From assembly GCF_902652985.1 (NCBI RefSeq), contig NC_047019.1:38688001-38752000 (forward strand): 64,000 nt of DNA, given 5' to 3'. The position numbers and the translations under genes were made by a program. A model generated the notes under the pieces. The model worked only from the letters and a program-made list of their open reading frames with translations, had not been told where the DNA came from and made no database searches. Positions 63,814-64,000 of this stretch are shown piece by piece. The first letter of the stretch is position 1. Each line of letters begins with the position of its first letter. Source of the stretch: Pecten maximus (Eukaryota).

Positions 63814-64000
63814 TTCACGTTATACTGTAACGTGCACCTGGTCCGTCCCAAGTGTATTCTGGGATACGCTGTGCTTTTAGCGCACTTGACTAATCTACTC
63901 TCAATCGGAATATAATCGGCAATATTTACAAATGATTAATCTATAGGTGACATATAAGAATAGATAAAACGGCCATGCTGCTTGCCACGGACCTTTAAAA

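Overview
AT-rich eukaryotic DNA, most likely from a mollusc (bivalve), judged by the gene family and the SINE types. Most of the window is one multi-exon + strand gene (about 6077/10902..47329) encoding a Pif-like shell matrix protein. Its domain order is: candidate signal peptide, one VWA domain, a linker, three Cys-rich chitin-binding-type (CBM14/ChtBD2-like) modules, a laminin-G/ConA-like domain, and a long Ser/Thr-rich tail. I assembled 11 GT-AG exons whose phases all fit (3507 nt, about 1168 aa); one of them (44370-44460) is missing from the ORF track. Three things are unusual in the protein: a degenerate MIDAS motif in the VWA domain, two mutually similar 'basic cluster + Asp/Tyr-rich' inserts inside the LamG domain, and a roughly 470-aa mucin-like C-terminal extension. 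Introns and flanks hold more than 15 unrelated minisatellite arrays (several with higher-order duplications), a 5'-truncated RTE-X-like LINE, three SINE types, a TIR MITE, and a family of asymmetric hairpin elements. Most of the long ORFs in the track are translations of tandem repeats. No prokaryotic features and no CRISPR array.
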